64,000 bases of DNA from the human T2T-CHM13v2.0 reference genome, Homo sapiens, in NCBI RefSeq assembly GCF_009914755.1, contig NC_060928.1, one strand, 5' to 3'. Made by a program: the position numbers and the translations under genes. The notes under the pieces were generated by a model. It did not search any database. It was not told the origin of the DNA and was given only the letters and a program-made list of their open reading frames with translations. Below are positions 40,872 through 54,736 of the stretch, piece by piece (the first letter of the stretch is position 1; each line of letters opens with the position of its first letter).

Positions 40872-41126
40872 GGGCCAGATGTGGTGACTCACTCCTGTAA
40901 TCCCAGCACTTTAAGACGCCAAGGCGGGATCCCATCTCAAAAAAAAAAAAAAAAAAAAAAAAAAGGCTGGGCATGTTAGTCCCAGCTGTTTGGGAGGGTG
41001 AGGCAGGAGGATCACTTGAGCCCAGAAGGCTGAGTCAGCAGTGAGCCATGATTGCACCACTGTACTCTAGCCTACGTGACAGGGCGAGATCCTGTCTCAA
41101 AAACAAAACAAAACAAAAACAGAAAA
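40872..41126 (+). mobile_element. AluJ-like element with most of the left arm deleted and an expanded central poly(A)
   Basis: Alu 5' end jumps from ggcgggat to cccatctc and an A run, then a right arm; perfect 14-bp TSD GAAAGAGCCAATGA (40857-40870, 41127-41140). Confidence 0.9.
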
Positions 41127-42687
41127 GAAAGAGCCAATGAAACAAAACCCACAGAGAAGAGAAGCAGAACTGTTGTACCAAAGTAACAGTTCTCAAATCT
41201 TTATTTTTTTTCTTTTGTGATAAGACACACAGGCCAAATAAGACTGACTGCAAGTTAGCACAAGAGTGCAACGACTCTATGTTATCCTGGCTCCCTCATT
41301 CAAGGAAACACGCCAAATCTTAAGTAAAAATAATCTTAAAACAACTTTAATTATAAATAAGCAAATCTCTTACAAATGGCACTACTTTATCATTAATTAG
41401 CAACTACTAAGTTGTAGCATATAACACAGAAGTATGGTATCAAGACTGAAAACTAATTGATTATTTAATTCCTAGCTTCTTTTCAAGTTCTCAAATCCCA
41501 AGATTTGCCTATGGTTGCCACCAAGAGCTATGGAATTGTTGTTTGGTAGGTGATTTTCATCCTCCATATTAAAAACAAAAACAAAAACAAAACCATTCTT
41601 TTTAAGGAATTCATCCATTTGTAGATGCATCTGTTTCCAGTGGTTCCAGTGTGTTTGTTTTGATTATCACATATGAATTCAGCTTTGTCCAAATATTTAT
41701 AGAAAAACATAGAAGCCATGTTCTACTTGAAAAGTGCTTTTCATTTTGTAAGACCCTTGAGTACTTTACTTGTAATACCACAATTCAAACATATTTGGAT
41801 TAAGCTTCAATCCTGGAGAGGCAAGGAGTCTGGCTTATGTTCCTTGGAATGGTTATTTGCTTGATTTTGAATCCCATAATCCCTGAATCTATGAATTTTT
41901 AGGATTCTGTTTTTAATCTCAGTCACATACTCACTCTATATGTGTGAGAAAGATATAAGGCCCAAGTCACAAAATAAATGAATAGAATTTCTTAAATGAG
42001 AGCAAAAAATTAGTACTCTTGGAGCACAAATTCAAGGAGAATGGATCTTTAGCATATTGGTTGTTAAATGCTACCCCAGTGTTTAAGGAGAGAGAAAAGA
42101 CACACAGAGAGATAAAGAGAGGTTGAGCTGGGAAGCAGATGACTGAGGTCTCTCCTAAACCCTCCATCCTCCACCCTCCACGCGTTAGAGGCAAACCAAG
42201 AAGTTACTTGTAGCTGTGACATTCCTGACTGACAGGACTCCAGAACAACTTGTAACAAAAGAGACTTGAATCATCTTTCATATTGGTTTGGGATATTTTT
42301 TCATTATGTATTGCTGCTTTTTAAAATGGTTATTTAGTCTTTTAAAAATATATCTTTCCCCATGCATGCCATTTGTTTGTTAAGTCCTTATTTCAGAGAA
42401 TTCTTAAAGGTAGTCCAACCATTAGAGGGAATTAGCCAGGCGGTACAGAATATCATATGCCAGCCTCCACTAAACAGCTAGACAAGTCTAAATGTGCCCT
42501 CCATTTTCAGAAGCCTTCTTTAATCCAGTCTCAATGCTCTCCACTATTAATTCCAAACAATGTTTAAATATGAGTGTGAGGTTAAAGCAAGGTGCTTTCA
42601 TCCTTAAAGTGGTTGTCATTGTCAGATATGAGTAAATTTGTGCCCAGGAAAACGTGAAAAGGAGAGAAGCTTATAAATTTAACCAGC

Positions 42688-43106
42688 GGCCGGGAATGGT
42701 GACTCATGCCTATAATCCCAGTACTTCAAGAGGCCGTGGCAGGAGAAACACTTAAGACCAGGAATTTGAGACAAGCCTGGGCAAGATGGCGAGAGACCCC
42801 AGTAACTACTAATATATACCGTAGTATATATATAATATATAGTAGTATATGTATATATACATATATACATATATATGTATTATAGAGTATATGTATTATA
42901 TTGTATACATACATGTGCATATATAATATATATAGTAGTATATATAATATATATATACACATATGCTGGGCATGGTGCTGTGCACCTGTGGTTCTCAGTT
43001 ACTCAGGAGTCTGAGGCAAGAGGATCCCTTCACTCCAGGAGTTCAAGGCTTCAATGAGCTGTGCTTACACAACTGTACTCCACCCTGAGTGACAGAGTGA
43101 CACCTT
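42688..43106 (+). mobile_element. AluJ whose central linker has expanded into a (TA)-rich tract of about 155 bp
   Basis: Left arm 42688 to about 42805, TA/CA-rich tract to about 42963, right arm gctgggcatggtg...cttaaaaaaa. Confidence 0.9.
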
Positions 43107-44164
43107 ATCTCTTAAAAAAAAAAAAACTATAAGAAAATAAAATCAACAAGTACATCCTGTGTACCTACTTGCATACTACACAGTATGAAAGACATAAAAA
43201 GTGAATAAAACATAGTCCTTGAACTTGTGAATAATCTCATAATAATCTAATGGGCTACAGAGTACCAAACTAAGTGTAATACATAGAAGAATGTTCTTCA
43301 TGCTAAATAAAGTCCTGGAGAAGTTTGTTGGAGGGAAAATTTCTATTACGTGGCAAGAATCTATAAGTTTCCAAGTTCTGCAGATTATTCTAATGCCTAG
43401 CCTGGCTCTGCAGCATGATGCTAGGTACTATGATTCCAAAACCCAGTGCCTTCCCCTGTAGCCTGACAGTCCAGTGGACTAAGAAAATAGGCATGCCAGC
43501 AATTGAACACATTTACTGTTAAAGGCAATTTGATGTAAGTTAAAGTCAAGTCGGGGTAGGTTTTTATTTGTTTTGTTTTGTTCTCATATAATTCTATAGA
43601 TTTCCTAGGAGTCGTGAAGGAGGAAGTAGTGAACACAGTAATATAGATACCTGCTTTTTTCACTGTGTACTTTTCCCAAGTGGGAAAGAAAGGGCAAGCT
43701 AGGGAATTGGGGCTAAATTCCTCCTTAGCGATATGATGCCCAGTTTCCAGGAATGGATAGGCAGGGCTGGGAATCTGCTTCCTTGTTAAGAATCATTTAG
43801 TGTTGCAAATATTAAAATTGTGCTATGCAGCCCTCCTTCTTTTGAGTATCTGACTGATTCTTCATGACTTCTTCATTTTCTATTTTTCTACAAACTTATC
43901 CATCCTGTAAGCCCAGCTCCTCTACCAGCAAACCTCAAAATAACCAACTCCAAAATACTTAATTTCAAGAGAAGCATTTTTTCTTATACTAGTTCTTGTG
44001 TTTGTTGTATTTCCTTTGTATGATTTCATTTTTTTTTAACATTCATGTCATACCCTAACCTCTATTGTGATGTCCTTGGAGGCAGGGGCTATATTTTGTG
44101 CCTGCATGTATCTTTTAACCACACGCCTGAACAGGAGAGGCACTCAGGTTGTTTGATTGGCTTG

Positions 44165-44474
44165 TTTGTTTTGTTGTGTTTTGTTTTTTTTAGATGGAGT
44201 CTCACACTGTCACCCAGGCTGGAGTGCAGTTGTGCGATCTCGGCTCACTACAACCTTCACCTCCCAGGTTCAAGTGATTCTTCTTGCCTCAGCCTCCCAA
44301 GTAGCTGGGATTACAGGTGCCTGCCACCATGCCTGGCTAATTTTTTTTGTATTTTTAGTAGAGACGGGGTTTCACTATGTTGGGCAGGATGGTCTCGATC
44401 TCCTGACCTCGTGATCTGCCTGCCTCAGCCTCCCAAAGTGCTGGGATTTCAGGAGTGAGCCACCGCACCCAGCC
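44165..44474 (-). mobile_element. AluS (Sc-like)
   Basis: ggatggtctcgatctcctgacctcgtgat; TSD TGATTGGC(T/C)TGTTT at 44154 and 44475. Confidence 0.95.
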
Positions 44475-44943
44475 TGATTGGCCTGTTTTAATGGGAAACC
44501 ATTAATACAGGACTTCAGGGATCTTATTTGTATATAACTAAACCATGGCTGGGACATCACTGCCAGTCAGTACAAATGCATATGAGAGTAGCTGCTTCTT
44601 TCTTTTAAAACCATTATAAACAGCACTAGAAACATTTTCTCCTACTTTTCAGGAAATGCCTGGAGCAACATGAGCAAAGCTAACTTTTAAAATAAGCTCT
44701 TTCATTTTTTGCTTTTTAAATCTCCTATCATCAGTTTACGTTTCACTTATGTTTTAAAATGTGATCATATTAAAATATCTTTAGAGTAGAAAGTATCTTG
44801 TATAGCTTTTGAAAAAAATCCTTTTTTGGGAGGTAATCTTGTTAGATATCTTTTGTATTTTATTTAGCAAAAAAAAGCACTAAGCACAAATAAAAACAAA
44901 ATTGAACCGCCTACAATATGGCATTAAAATAGCTGAAAATTGA

Positions 44944-45260
<317 letters not shown>

Positions 45261-45590
45261 AAGCTGAAAATTGAATATCTGCTCTTTACATTTAGATTCT
45301 GAAATAGAATAATTTGTAATTTTTTAAAATATATTTTAAAATCATTAAGGACAGAACCTAAATCATCAGGACAGAACATTTTATAAAAATGGTGCTGTGA
45401 ATAAGTAAAGAAGATTTGGAGGAGACAATGTTTTAAAATTTTGTGAGTGACTTTAAAAATAAGAGCGACAAACCAGGTATCCTTTAAAACCAATTAGACT
45501 TTTAACCTAGCAGCTTATATCTGTTCATGCCTAGATTGTTTGGCTGTGTGGAAGTAGTTTCTTAGTTGACAGATACAAAATACACAGCAA

Positions 45591-45606
45591 TACTGCCCTC
45601 TACAGG
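45591..45606 (-). promoter_or_regulatory. Candidate CTCF core motif CCTGTAGAGGGCAGTA
   Basis: Motif match to the CTCF core (CCasyAGRkGGCrs) only; occupancy unknown. Confidence 0.45.
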
Positions 45607-46329
45607 TTCCCTGTAAGGCAGGCACTTGTCTTTCAAGTTTTTAAAAGAACCCTAACCTAGAGGAAAGACTTCAAGTGCTTTTGGCTTTGATGTCTTTAAC
45701 ACCAGTGAGCAACCTGGCCATCCCCTACCTCTATGCATGTTGACCACCTACTCCAAACAAATTACACAATCCTCCTTGTTTCTCCGAGCATATGGTATTA
45801 ATAGCTCTTAAAAGATTTTTACTCTGAGGTCCAGTAGAAATCCGTAACTCCCTTTCTCATACATATGCCATGCTGGGGTTAAGAAAATATTCTGATAGGC
45901 CAGAAAGATAGTTAAATATACAAAATCTGGTGAATTTGTTCAAGATTGAAAGCAGTGATACTGCTTTATAGTCACATCTTTTATTTGTAGTACAGAAAGT
46001 AATTGTAGATTAAACTCAGTTGTTCCTGATAACAAAAACTTAAACTTAGAAAGAATATATGATCCAGACAAAATTAACAGCCAAGTATTTGGACGTTTAA
46101 ATAAAATGGGAGTATTTTTAAATTGTGGATATATGAGAGACACAGTAAGAAACTGATATATGATGCAATATATGCAAACTTTGAAAAAAGATTTACATAA
46201 AAATAAAAATGCCAAGAGAAAGAAATATGTTTTATCTCCCAAGTATGATGCAGAAAGACAGTATTTCCTGTGCATAAGAGCAAAATTAGAATGGGTTCAA
46301 GTCTCAGTGTTGTTCTATACTGTGGAACT

Positions 46330-46665
46330 TTGGCAGGTACTCAAAGAAAACTTGCCACAAAGCCTCAGGATCAGCCTGAACACTTTACTTGACAGTCTCT
46401 GACACAGTGTTTCTCTCCGGCTCTTGTCCTCATGTATCCTGGCACATCTGCATCATTCCTGTTTCTTGTCAGGCTGTCTCTCCCTCAACGTGGCAGAATA
46501 CGGTCACCAACAACTCTAAAGATGTTACACCTCTAGTCATACAGGCATACCGGATGGCTTTTTCTTAGCTCTTACCCCAAATTTCTGGGAACAGGACTCC
46601 AGCCCAACATGAAATTGAGCATGAAGTGCTCTATTGTGACTAATCAGCTATGGCATCAGGATAGG
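46330..46665. mobile_element. Old MaLR LTR remnant (MLT1H-K-like)
   Basis: gtcaggctgtctctccctcaacgtggcagaa...gggaacaggactc...taatcagctatggc; degraded. Confidence 0.4.
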
Positions 46666-47078
46666 GACTTGCAGAAGACACACAAATCTAATATGTTGTC
46701 TTTTTCTCATTTGCCGAAGGTAGATTCTAGGAATTCCTTCAACTCTTGCTCTACAAGCAGTCTCCAGTTTACTAAGCTTTACATTCAAATAGTTGCTTCT
46801 TAGTTGTTGATTGGAATTCAGAAAACATTTCCTGTGCCAACTATGTTATTCCATATTGTTATGTCCTTAGAAGAGTCTCACTCCATTGCGAACAAACAAA
46901 AATTTTAAAAAGCTAGACTTCTATATGTCTGAAAAATTATTACCAGTTGATATAGGAGTCATAGAAACCACCCACCAAAGATTTTTCAGGACTGCTCTAT
47001 TCTCAGACAATCTTGTCGGATTGTCAAACTAGGCATGCCTCTTTATTGTTTGAAAACTACAACCCCCACAGATACAGT

Positions 47079-47392
<314 letters not shown>

Positions 47393-47471
47393 TCCACAAA
47401 TATAGTTTTAACCATAGGTTGTAGTGTTAGTTTTAAAGAACAGTGAGTTCAGAGTTTCCTCTCTGTGGTCT

Positions 47472-47504
47472 CAGCAGCAGCAGCAGCAGCGGCAGCAGCA
47501 GCAA
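47472..47504 (+). repeat. Trinucleotide repeat (CAG)6 CGG (CAG)3 CAA
   Basis: Read directly. Confidence 0.95.
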
Positions 47505-47559
47505 CCCTCTCTCAGTCATGCATCCATCCATGACTGCATGCAGACAGACATCCATCCAC

Positions 47560-47820
47560 CTGCCCCTCACGTACTGTGCCTGGCACTGTTCTAGACTCCA
47601 GGGAGACACTATTAAACATGATGAAATGTCAGCTGTTCTGGAACTTGTTTTTTGGTAGGAGAAAATTTAAAAATAAGAAAATATATAAATAATCGTCAGT
47701 TAATGTATAAGTGTCAGTTAGTGATAAGTGCTATGTTTTTCTTTAAGTAAAATAAATCAGGGAGTTGTGATATGGAGTGATTTGGGAGTCTATTTGGATA
47801 GTGAGATCAGAGATTTCTAA
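47560..47820 (-). mobile_element. L2 3' fragment
   Basis: tactgtgcctggcactgttctagactccagggagac...gtgataagtgctatg. Confidence 0.6.
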
Positions 47821-47998
47821 ATATCTATTCAGCAGCTATGGTTCTATAGCCAGGACAAGGGGCTCCAGCAGGGAGCATTAGGAACCCAGGAGACTGGGAG
47901 GGTCAAGATGACTTGTTATCTTGCCCCATGACAGATACTTCTTAATCCCAGAGTGGCTCCATCTCACCCTTTTTCTAGAGCCCAGGGGATTAACATGA

Positions 47999-48317
<319 letters not shown>

Positions 48318-48519
48318 ACCATTCATTCCTTTCTATCTTTAGTCATTGTTTCTTCCACTAAAAAATGTTCCTCTTCCCTGTTTCACTGCGGGGCAGAAGT
48401 CTCAGAAATCTCTCTTCTCTTCTACACAGTTTTGTTGTAGGTATCAAAGAGTGTTTTCTTTCCCTTTCATAATAATTTTTAGAATACTACACAAAGAATA
48501 AAAGAAAAAATTAAATGCC

Positions 48520-49065
48520 ACAAAAGAATACACATAAAAATAAGTTTTTCCTGAGTTACAGCCTTCAAATCATCAATCTCTCTGCCCAGATTTATAGACA
48601 TATATGTGTGTGCACATTATTTATGTGTTTATTTATAAATCAATATGATTCACATATAAGCATTCACTTGTCAATTTATAGAATATATTGTTCTTGTTAT
48701 GTATCTTGTTTTTCATTTAATTGATTTTAGATATCTTTTTATATCAGCAAATATAAATTTACTTATTCTTTTTAATAGCTGCATAGTATTCCATTGCATG
48801 GGTGCAGAATATTTAGATTTTTTTAATCCAGCTCTTAATAGGTATTTAGGCATTATGCAGTCTTTGTTGTTAGAAAAAAACCTGCAATATCTTATAAATG
48901 TATGTTGACATGCTAGCTGACTCAAATATTATGAGTGTGTGTATTAAATTTATATATTAGGATGGCCATAAGAAATTCTGGGGTTTATAGGCCAAAATCA
49001 GTCAAAAATTGGCAATGTTATATGGTTTAACCTAAGATACATTGCCAAATGTTTTTCCAAAGCTC
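48520..49065 (-). mobile_element. Ancient L1ME-like fragment
   Basis: attctttttaatagctgcatagtattccattgcatgg...agatacattgccaaatg. Confidence 0.5.
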
Positions 49066-50129
49066 TCAGCCCAATTTTGTTTGTTTGTTTGTTTTTAATT
49101 TCTAACAGCTGTTGAAACAGACAAGTAAATGTCTTGGATGCTAAGCTCTGCTGGATAAAATGAGAAAACAGTGTGGATTGTAAACACTACAAAAGCATGG
49201 TTTCCTGTTAACTAGATCCACATTTCCCTTCAGGATTGTTCCCAGGAAACTGCCTTCCCAATCCCTCAAGTTTGGATGAAAGCACCATTATAGGAATTAG
49301 GTAGTTGAAAAGGGGAGAGGAAGAAATATGGACCTGGACTCCCAGTGGGCTCTAGAATGACATTAGGTAAATCATTTAACCTCTCCAGTTTGATTCAAAT
49401 AATGAATACAGATACTACCTTAAAAAATACATGAGACAATGCCTATGGCACTGCCTAGCACAGTATTAAGCACTGAATTCTAGCTTGAATAAATCAAACT
49501 TCCCTCCCTCTCCCTTCCTCCCTTGCTGCTGTGCTCTGAATATTCAAACTATGGAGATGTGGCAAGGAAGAGTGTGCCACTCCTCGCCACATAGCCATAC
49601 AAGCATTAACATGCATCTGGAACCATTTCTGCCCTGAAGATAGAAGCACTGAGCCACTTCAGTCATCTAACAGGTGCTCACTCTGCCTTACAGGTGAGTG
49701 GTATGGGGAGTGTCCTCAAAGTCTGGCATCTGGATAAACTGTAATTCAGGCCCATTCGGTGTGTGCAGTTACTGGGGAGCCCAGTGAATAAGTACAGTTT
49801 GTCTCAGTGTTACCATCTGCCATTTGCAAAACATTCTGTGCCCACCAGGAAGCATCCCTTCCCTTTTTCAAAATCTTCACTCAGAACATGTCACCAGAGA
49901 GAACCCCACAACTCCATGAAGCACACATTCTTGCATCAGTGTGAGTTATCTTTGCTGAATGCCTTTGTGGTTATTTTCTTGTTACATTAAAAAAAAACTC
50001 AAATACTGTTCCATATTCTGACGTGGGTCTTATTAAAATGTTAATCAATCGGTATTAAATATTAAGGCACAGCACTTTTTTTACAGATGAGAAAAGTGAC
50101 AATGTGCTTACATGTTTTGGAATAGTGAA

Positions 50130-50372
50130 GGGAGCACCACAGGAGCTGGAAAGAGACAGGCTTGGGTTTAAAACCTGACACTGGTACTTGTACCATCATT
50201 TCTGTCAGCAAATTGCTTCACTTCACTGAGCATCAGTTTTCCTCTCTGTAAAATTGCACTAATAACACTCATTAAAAATACTAGGTTGTATTTCTTGTGT
50301 GTTACGAGAGAAGACAGATGTAACGTGCCTAACACCTTGCTTGGCACAAAGGAGCCCTAAATAAATGTTAAC
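50130..50372 (+). mobile_element. MIR SINE
   Basis: cttgggtttaaaacctgac...ctgagcatcagttttcctctctgtaaaat...cttggcacaaaggagccctaaataaatgtta. Confidence 0.75.
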
Positions 50373-51283
50373 ATTGATTTATGATTCTCTATATTAATCT
50401 GGCACTAGAGATACTTACTTCTGAACATTACCAGAATTTCATTATTGTAGAGGATTTATATAGCCAGGGATAAGGCAGTGAATATTTTCACAGCACTGAT
50501 TAAAAAATTCTTTTCAGGAGTAGGAACTGAACTTTTTTTCAGTTATCTGGTTGATGTTTAATTTTGGAAAAGGTTTTCGATGGATATAAGAGGATGTGAG
50601 AGTGAAGAGATAAGATATCTTCTGACACCTTCTTGTGACTGGTGTAAAAGAAAAGAAAGAATGTGTCTTTTTGAAGCTATTGTTATACTGATTAGAAAGC
50701 CCATTCGAGAATGAAAAATACAGATTTAAATTGTATAGAGATGTTCTAATGGTAGGAACTTTGTAAGTGTATTTTTTTCTTTTCTTCTATTTTTCTTCTT
50801 TTTCTGGGTTATGGGCATAGTAGACTTGGTACCATTAGAAATGTTACTCCTTCCTTAGGACTTAAGCCTATAAAGAGGAGGAAACTCAAGTACATATATT
50901 TATAATTTTCAGACAGTTAGGTAGTCATTCTGTAGGACCTTCATTTCAAAGCCTCACGTACACATCAAACTATAATAAGACCTGCCTTTACTCTGTTTGC
51001 TAAAAAGTCTGTCTCTTAATGTCAGGGTATCATCCCAGCCTTTGAACTGGCACATGCTTCACAGAGTAATATTTGGAAGTCAACATTTCAGTAGAGCAAT
51101 TTATGCGCCCCACATATGAGTCTTTACGCACTGGTTAATGGCTTCCTCAAATCCTTGTCTGTTAAATTGGTTTTGAAAAGAGGAATGCTCCCTTTTCTGG
51201 CCTATTTACAGATCAGCCGTCATTCTTCTGTATAGCAATAGTTTTTTCTAGAATTGTGCTTATTAAGCAATGTCTTTCATTGA

Positions 51284-51940
51284 ATTTTTTAATTGATATA
51301 TCATAATTGTGCATATTTTGGGGGTGCATGGGATATTTCAATACCTATATACAATGTGTTATGATCAAATCAGGGAAATCAGGAGAGCCATCATTTCCAA
51401 CATTTATCTTTTCTTTGTGTTGGAAACATTACAATTATTCTGTTCTAGCTATTTTGTAATATACAATAATATACAATAAAATGTTGTTAACTATAATTTT
51501 TCTATTGCCCTCTATTGAATACTAGAACTTATTTTTTCTATCTAACTCTGTTTTGGACCCCTTAACCAATTTCTCTTCATCTTCCTCTCCCCACTTTCCT
51601 TCCTGGCCTCTGGTAACCACCCAGCCTCTGGGAACCTCCTGATCTCTGGTAAAAACATCCACTTCTTTGGCTTCCACATATGAGTGAAAACAAGTGGTAT
51701 TTGTCTTTCTGTGCCTGGCTCATTTGACTTAACATAATGACCTCCAGTTCCATCCATGCTGCTGCAAATGACAGAATTTCATTCTTTTGTATGGGTGAAT
51801 AATATTCCATTGTGTACAGATATCACATTTTCTTTATCCATTCATTTGCTGATGGACACTTAGTTGATTCCGTATCTTGGTTATTAGGAATAGTGCTGCA
51901 GTAAACATGGAAGTGCAGATGTCTCTTCAAAGTACTGAAA
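51284..51940 (-). mobile_element. L1MA (about L1MA3-5) 3' end
   Basis: ORF-track 51577-51810 MEYYSPIQKNEILSFAAAWMELEVIMLS resembles the L1 ORF2 end; antisense 3' UTR tatacaatgtgttatgatcaaatcagg. Confidence 0.9.
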
Positions 51941-52294
51941 TTTCAATTAGTAACTCCCATTGACAATGCACAGCAGATTTTCTCATGCATTGTCCTTATG
52001 AGAGTAAGTTTAGTGATGTTTAAGTTCTCAGACTCTTCTATGGAAAGACACAGATTGAAATAGTCCTCAGAGAAGAGATAAAGATACATATGACAGACAA
52101 CACAATTTTAAAGGTCCCACTTAGAATTCTGGGAATTCATGAAGAATTCAATACTTCTTAGACACAGAATTTTAAATTCCAGTGAGTGAGGAATGTCTAA
52201 GTTTGGTTCTTGACAATTTATAAAGACCAGGAAGAGCAATTGGTAAAAGGCTTGAACATCTGCCAAATACTACAAGCAGCCAGAAATATTGGAA

Positions 52295-52520
52295 AGGGCA
52301 TGAACTTAGATCAGAAGAACTGAATTTAGTCCTGGATGAAACTGTTGTTATCATGCGACACTGAGCAAGTCCCTTAATTTTTTGGTTCCTCTGTTTACAA
52401 GTTTATAAAATTGGGATGATTATTTCTGTCCTGTCTACCTCCCCAGGTTGTTACAAAATCAGATTAGGCGAAGCGTGTGAAGGATCCCTGTAGCTAAAAA
52501 GTGCTATTCAGATGCAAGGC
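52295..52520 (+). mobile_element. MIR SINE
   Basis: tcagaagaactgaatttagtcctgg...gagcaagtcccttaa...tataaaattgggatgat...ggttgttacaaaatc. Confidence 0.65.
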
Positions 52521-52905
52521 CTCAGTATAGATTGCCTCTATAAGTTCTGCAAGCTTTCTGAGGACAAAGAATGTATCTTTGTGTCACAAACCCTATATTA
52601 GGCCCTGAAAGAAATAAGTGAAGGAACCTGTTGCGTAAATTTGGACAGAAAAATACTGGGAAGTGATTTTTCCATTCCAATTTTCTGTGAGGTTAGTTGA
52701 CATTTTTTTCTTGAATCATAAAATGTAACTTTTTTTTCTTATTTACCATCCCAGTGTACTTATGGGGACAATTCTCCCTTCATGCTAACTAATTTGCCTA
52801 CATCCTGTAGGTGAAGGTCTATTGTAGAGAAGTCCATTCCTTATCTCAGTGAAATGTATTTCTAAGTGTACATGAGGTTAGACACCAGAATTTAGATACC
52901 CCTAC

Positions 52906-52957
52906 ACTTGTAGACAAGAGATGGCAGGTAAGGAGGTGCTCATCTCCAGCACATGAG
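52906..52957 (+). repeat. Copy 1 of a 52-bp dispersed direct repeat (copy 2 at 55934-55985)
   Basis: 49/52 identical by direct comparison. Confidence 0.92.
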
Positions 52958-53097
52958 TGTCGCAACACATCAAACGACAATCACACACTGATTTCACAAC
53001 CCCAAATTCTTCAGTGACTGAAGAGCATGTTTTCTTCCTTAATTTTATTGGAAAGTGAAAATATTCCCTCAGCTGTCACCACTGCTTCAGCTACTGA

Positions 53098-53493
<396 letters not shown>

Positions 53494-54696
53494 TAACATC
53501 AGGCTATTGTTCATGTCCCCCTCTAGCAAAAGATAAGCTTCTAAGAAATGCAATAATGTTTAAGATTATAATAGATGATACAATACATTGATCATCAATG
53601 TATTGTAATGTATGTATCATTATGTATCAATGTATGTATTGATGTATCAATACGTTGAGGATACATATCTTACAATAGATTACAACAGATGATATAATAC
53701 ATTCATGCCCATTTGATTGTTTCTTAATAGTTTGGTAGCTGATTAAACTAAATGTTCCACACAAATACAAAATAATTGCAATTATGTAAGCTGTTCTATA
53801 CATTTAATCAAGAAAGAATACATTTTTAGGAACTGGACATTATGATCCATGCCTAATTTACCTTATAAAAATCAGAACTTTAACATTTGACACTGGACTT
53901 CAAAATGCTGAAATTCCTGATCTCAAAACTTTTTGATCATAATATAATTTTAGGGCATTAGTAACTAGTACTCTCTTCTATTTATTACAAAAGGACTTTC
54001 AGAATCTAGTTCTTCATTTCCAAAAAGTATAAGAATCAGAGTTTCATAGTAAAAAATGAGAAGCTTTAAAAATATAAGTCAAGATGCTAAGCAAGTTCAT
54101 CTCTGTATCTTTTTTTTTCCAATGACTTGAAACATTTCAGTGACTTCAATGCCTTTGAGTTAAGAAAGTCTTGATACTGTTCAGAGAAAAATTCTCCTAA
54201 GTCACACCTAAGACAGTGTCAAACCCTTTGCCACCATTTGTGTATTGTTTGCCTCTCTGGCAAGGTGTTTCGGCTCCTGCAGTTGGGTGTGTTTTGCTGA
54301 CCCCTGGGGCTCAGGAGCTGGTTTATTGATCTGCAGTATAATTCCAAAGCCCCGTGTTGACCAAGGGAGTTTGAATTAAGACTAGGATAGTGGAAGCCCT
54401 TGGCTGGACTGGCTCTAATCCTATAGCAATAGTCAAAGAATAAATTTATCTCTGGGTATTTATTGGAGCCCCGAGTAATCTTAACTGTGTTTCAAAACTG
54501 TTTTTTCATCTTTATTTTTGTTTTCTGACCAGAGTAGCACAGTGTCTGGTTTCTGGAGCACAGTATTTCTCTAGAGGCCAGATAATCTTTCTGAGCCTGT
54601 AATGAGTCAATTATAGCACATTTGGGCCAGGCCATCTCCGTCTTTACCCAAGTCTACTTTCATCCTGATTGGAACACTGGGGGATATACCAGACAC

Positions 54697-54712
54697 TCAC
54701 TAGAGGGCAGCA
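54697..54712 (+). promoter_or_regulatory. Candidate CTCF core motif TCACTAGAGGGCAGCA
   Basis: Motif match only; lies 7 bp upstream of the L1PA TSD. Confidence 0.45.
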
Positions 54713-54736
54713 AGGGGTCAATGCAACCAATTCTTT

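Noticed and set aside
44045-44458. Longest ORF in the track (137 aa), and similar ones at 35749-36141, 37518-37895 and 47029-47337
   Set aside because: They run through Alu sequence ([19 protein letters not shown]-type translations).
47443-47658. ORF with poly-Ser over the CAG repeat
   Set aside because: Non-ATG start, no exon structure, and it runs into L2 sequence.
49285-49294. Perfect CArG box CCATTATAGG
   Set aside because: By rough estimate several are expected by chance in 64 kb of AT-rich DNA, and there is no supporting context.
51962-51994. 9-bp inverted repeat GACAATGCA...TGCATTGTC
   Set aside because: Too short to exceed chance, with no TSD or family resemblance.
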